The notes beneath the pieces were generated by a model. That model was not told the origin of the DNA. It saw only the letters and a list, made by a program, of their open reading frames with translations, and made no database searches. Shown here one piece after another: positions 1 to 64,000 of a DNA stretch of 64,000 nucleotides. A program made the position numbers and the translations under genes. Positions within the stretch are counted from its first letter, which is position 1; each line of letters starts with the position of its first letter. The DNA comes from Tubiluchus corallicola (Eukaryota; Animalia; Priapulida): the NCBI GenBank assembly GCA_030141605.1, contig JAQGDQ010000341.1:186001-250000 (forward strand), in the 5' to 3' direction.

Positions 1-176
1 TATACATAGCAGATGACTGGCAAATTATAATTTTATCGTAGAATTAAAATTTAATAAATGTGATCATATAAGCTGCTTATTTTGCCTTATTTTAATTGTA
101 AATGTTCAAGGTTACAAATGATTATTGTTATTGTTTTGGTAGCCCTCGTGCAAATTTTATTTTCATTTGTTTTTAG

Positions 177-59508
<59,332 letters not shown>

Positions 59509-59704
59509 TCGAGCCAAGAAAATTATTAGTTAATGAATCAATAATATCATTGAAACAGTTCTCACACCTTCTGTGATGCAAATTTACCAAATAATTTATT
59601 TTATTTTAACTTATTGCTTAAATTATTTAATATGTCTGTGTGTGTGCGTGCGTGTGATTATGGGAATTAATGTATACTGCCACTGTACAAACTGATAATA
59701 TTAC

Positions 59705-59710
59705 AATAAA
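59705..59710 (+). promoter_or_regulatory. Candidate polyadenylation signal
   Basis: AATAAA about 200 nt after the stop codon. Confidence 0.4.
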
Positions 59711-61556
59711 GAGAGTCTTATTTTGCTCCAGTAGGTGCACGTCTGCTGGTTCTGCTAAAATTTTATTGTTTGTTAAAAAGTACACATTTTAACACCAATA
59801 ATATCGTAAAAGGGTTTCTGATCATTCAATAATAGATTAAAATCTTAATTAACAACGGGCAAGCCCAACTAATTGATGACATCACATACTAGCATAATTT
59901 TCAGCACCAAATATATTCCATGAGCGTGTTGCACGCGTTTGCGAAAGCAAAAATTGACATACAGTGCTACCGTAGGAAATTCAGGGTGTTGTAATAAAGC
60001 TCGGCAAGTTTCAAGATGGAAATTTAAAATTTGCCGCTATAGCACACATGAGCTGTCCGACTTGCGTATTTCGTTAGAAACTAACACATCTGAACTGGTA
60101 CATCACTTGTTTTTGTGTAATACGTTTCCGAAATGCAGGCGTTTATGCCCATCTACCTAGCAAATGGCAAAATACATGCAACAGCGAAGAACTACTTTCG
60201 CGAAGGCGAAATTGTGTTTGTGTGGTAATAATTCTTTCATGTAAGTTTTATTTTTGAAAAAGTAGTATGTTTCCTGTGAATATTTTAAAGAGTAGATTGT
60301 TTTGACCTACAGTTTAAGATTCAGTCCTGTTTTGCTTTAATAAAGGCCATGAAATAATTTTACCTCTGCAACTTATTATGTTAGTTAATTACGCCTGAAC
60401 TACGTATTGCTTTATTTTATTAAGCACATTAGATTGTATTTACTGCATTGTATTTTTTTTCAAGAATTGCCAAAAATTCCTAACAAAAATTGGTCAAAAC
60501 AACACAGACTTAGATCAGAAATTTTACCCACATCACGCTCGGAATCATCATGAGGTATGTGACCAGGATTCAGATTTCGGCTGCTTTTCCTCAATCCAAA
60601 ACCCGACCAGGTGCGGACAGATGCAGAGCTTCACTTGACAATAAAACAAAGGCTGTACATTATTGCCAATGCAACCCACTCAAGCTGCCTCAACATGCAA
60701 TATCTTGACCTAGTTTTATGCAATGTTTAGCCAGTGTTTTTTTGTCAGCTGCTTAATGAAACCCGTCAATGACTTCGCTGTCCCTCCGGAGCCTCCACTC
60801 AAGTCAAAGTCCCAAAAGCCAACTCTCGATTTCTGTTAGCTACCATCACCTTGTCTCCATGACAGCAGCAGCGCCAGGTCTCTCAATCAGATTTCCAAGA
60901 GACCTCAATCCCTACTTTTTCATAACTTGAGCCTGCTATCTTGCATTACACTACAGTTGCAGAGTAGTAGGCATAATAAATTCTAACATTAAATAAATCT
61001 AGCTGACAAAAATCCACCTCAAATATCCAACTTGCCTAACCTGTTTTTTAAACTAAGGGCTATTAAGCTTTTATCTCCTTTATTAAGAATTAATTTTTAA
61101 CAATAATCTCTATGAAAAAATTTAACTCAGGTCCGCACCTATTACTCTGTTAAATTGTTACAATTAAGCCACGTTAAATTGTGCTGCCCTCTGCTAATTT
61201 GCACTGAATCAAAATTCATTTTCTCAGTTAAGCAAAAGTACATTTATCATCTCATATTAACATTTATATCAAATATTGTGTTTTCGAAAAATTATGATCT
61301 CTATTCATATTGTTTAGCTTTTCATTCTTATATTGTTTAATATGTTAATGCTAAGTAGCTAAAATATGCATCTGTGGGCTCATACTAAACAAAATATATA
61401 TCAGGAATTTTTTGCATTCTATCCTCATTAATATTGTAACAAAGAGTGGATGGTGCTGATACGCCGATTGTCGCACAGTTGAGAAGAAAACGTAAAACAA
61501 CAGTAGTAAGAGTAAAATTACTGAATTAAGTAACACGCCAGATGTCTGCCCCAATG

Positions 61557-61702
61557 GAATTCACTCGCAATCGCTCTAAGAGTGAAACGATTATCGATTC
61601 ATTGATTGATCCACGTTGGATTGATGAACGCACACGAGCCGTGCTAATGATTTTGGAATTTAGTAATACTGGTGGAATTTTTCCATTTTATCAAATTTTC
61701 AC
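61557..61702 (+). pseudogene. Partial duplicate of the PKD1-like last exon
   Basis: Matches about 58308-58505 (TRNRS..IIDSLID.RWIDERTRAV/LMILEFSNTGGIFPFYQIFT) with a 51-bp internal deletion. Confidence 0.88.
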
Positions 61703-61994
61703 GTACATACCTGCGTGTCATTCTGCGAAAAGGCGTATAGTATATGTATGAATGTACATTGTACGTATGAATGTGCACAAGCTGTACATACATAACTGCA
61801 TGTAATTGTGTGAAACTGTGCACAGTGTAAAAATAAAAGTTTTTAATGAGATTTTTCTGGAACCTACTTCAGGTACCCCTTTTCTTATCCTTGAGTATCG
61901 TTTCTTATCCTCATATCACGATTACGTATTTGTTTGTTTTTGTTAAAAATTTGTACGAAGGGAATTAAAGTAAACTAGATGGTAGAGACAATTA

Positions 61995-64000
61995 TGTTGC
62001 ACGTTTATTTCCGTCCATCTTGACTGGTTGAACACAGTAACAATACGCAACTTAATATAGTCAACTACATCCTCCTTCCCCAATGAAGAGAAGCTGTTTA
62101 GTTATTAGTTATACAAACTGTGTATGTGCTTTTCAAAATAAACTAATAATTTAACCAACTGTGACATTGTTTCCTGTTTCCTATATGACTGCCAGATATT
62201 ACAAATTGTAACATTTTATATTCAATTGATCAAATGACTTTTCTATCATTTAGAGTCACTTAAAAACAAAAAACTTATGATCTGGTTAACTACTTTAACT
62301 TTTAACCTATACTTCAAATCTCTAGCTTAAGATAGGCTTACTGGTGCACAAATGTTGTTCAAACATCAATTTATAACTATATCAACTATATGATTAATAA
62401 TGAAACTTTCAAGCTGAAACTTGGTAACTGATTACCACAATGAATATATGGTTCTTCAACACAATTTCGAATTAGTTAATGTTTAAAAGTTAACGGTTAA
62501 ATGTTCTATGCATTAACTCAGTTACTCTATACATCTTCTTGGTTTGTGAATTGTGCGTCCATATCTTGTCTTGTAACCATTTGTAGCTTCACCTTCATTT
62601 TGTTTATCATTCACATTGTAATGCACCTTTCTTATTATACCTTTATAAGTCTCATCATGACCTTGCATAGAGGTTTGTTGTTTCTCAGGTCTCTGTTCCC
62701 CTTTTCTGATCTGCTGAATAGGTGGTTCTGCAAAGGTTACTCTTTTGTCTCCAGAGACTTTCCTCACGTTCATCTGATGTCTGTTTCTTCTTAATTTTGT
62801 CCCATCATCTTTCCTTACTATATAGGATCTTGGCTCTACACATTTTTGTATCACCTCAGCAGGATACCATCTGTCGTTCTCACTGTTTTGTATCATTATA
62901 CATTGTCCTGTGGTTAATGGTGTGAGGTCCTTTGCGTGTTTATCGTGTTGCAACTTTTGTGTTTCCTGCCTTCTCAGCAGCTGTTCCATAATATCATCTC
63001 TGTTTTGTAACCTGTTGTATACTTTTACTGGCAATGTTCCACGTATTTTTCGTCCTAGTAGCATCTCTGCTGGACTTGGTAATCTCGAGTCGATAGGCGT
63101 CATTCTCAACACCATGATGGATAAATCCACATTTTCTCCCGATTCAACAGATTTCCATATTACATTCTTAACAGTTCGTATCTGCCGTTCGATGTATCCG
63201 TTACTTCTTGGGTAATGTGGGCTGCTGGTTGTGTGTTCAATTCCCAGACTGTTTGTGAAATTTTTGTATGCTGTTCTGCTAAAATGTGGACCATTATCAC
63301 TGACAATCTTCCTTGGCATTCCGAGCTCAGTGAATATTTGCTTCGTTGCATTAACTACAGTCGAACTCGGGCATGGCAATCATAGCTTCCTAATTACTGG
63401 GTACTTGCTATAGTAATCAGCTATGATAAGATACTGGTCTGGACCACATCTAAACATGTCAGTTCCAACAACCTCCCATGGCGCAGCTGGTTCTACATGT
63501 TGAAGGAGGGTTTCATGTTGCTGGGTGTCCTGATATTAACTGCATATAGCAGACTGCTTACACATCTTCTCAATGTCTTTGTTAATGCTTGGCCAGAATA
63601 TCACACTCTTTGCCCTGAGTTTTGATTTCACCACACCTAAGTGGCCCGTGTGTAGCTGTTTCAATATATCTGTACGTAAATTGTTTGGAATTACTACCCG
63701 ATCTCCTTTCATGATTATCCCATCTTCCATGGATAACTCATCTCTGAAGTTTCATTAATTTTTGATGCCATCACGCACTTGGTTTATTCTTTCTGGCCAA
63801 CCATTGATAATAGTGTCTATCAAACAACACATTTCAGGGTCATTTTTTGTCTGCTCACGGATTTCATTGATTTTGTGTGCTTGAAAACTCATAAACTTTA
63901 CTCTTACTACATCTAGCTTCACTTCACCCCTGTTCTTGGGATTTGGCAATCGGCTCAAGCTATCTGCTATTCCGATCTCCCTGCCAGGTCGATAGATATT
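61995..64000 (-). mobile_element. Ty3/Gypsy LTR retrotransposon 3' part (RNase H end, integrase, PPT)
   Basis: YRPG..ADSLSR; H..HLG..FWP..C zinc finger; VGTDMF, IVSDNGPHF, SSPHYPRSNGYIERQIRTVK; frameshifts and stops; PPT GGGGAAGGAGGA (62081-62070) abutting TG at 62069; LTR distal end uncertain. Confidence 0.9.

Overview
AT-rich, intron-rich animal (invertebrate-like) genomic DNA with no prokaryotic features. One large + strand gene dominates the window: a polycystin-1-like (PKD1-like/REJ family) 11-TM receptor-channel subunit. I reconstructed it by hand as 46 phase-consistent exons (177-59508, about 3,160 codons; the 5' end lies upstream of the window). Domain order: SUEL-type lectin, 9 single-exon EGF, PKD, REJ, GAIN, GPS, TM1, PLAT, TM2-5, polycystin cation channel. 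One GAIN loop carries an insertion of about 425 aa. It consists of a 41-Cys domain with mirror-symmetric Cys spacing (predicted disulfide-laddered helical hairpins) plus a second, extracellular PLAT domain. One splice donor has been amplified into a 48-copy 32-bp tandem array. The introns hold a P-element derivative, a CR1/L2-type LINE interrupted by tandem non-autonomous Helitrons, several MITEs and minisatellites. A partial copy of the last exon and a Ty3/Gypsy pol end lie downstream. All calls come from reading the sequence by eye; no searches were run.
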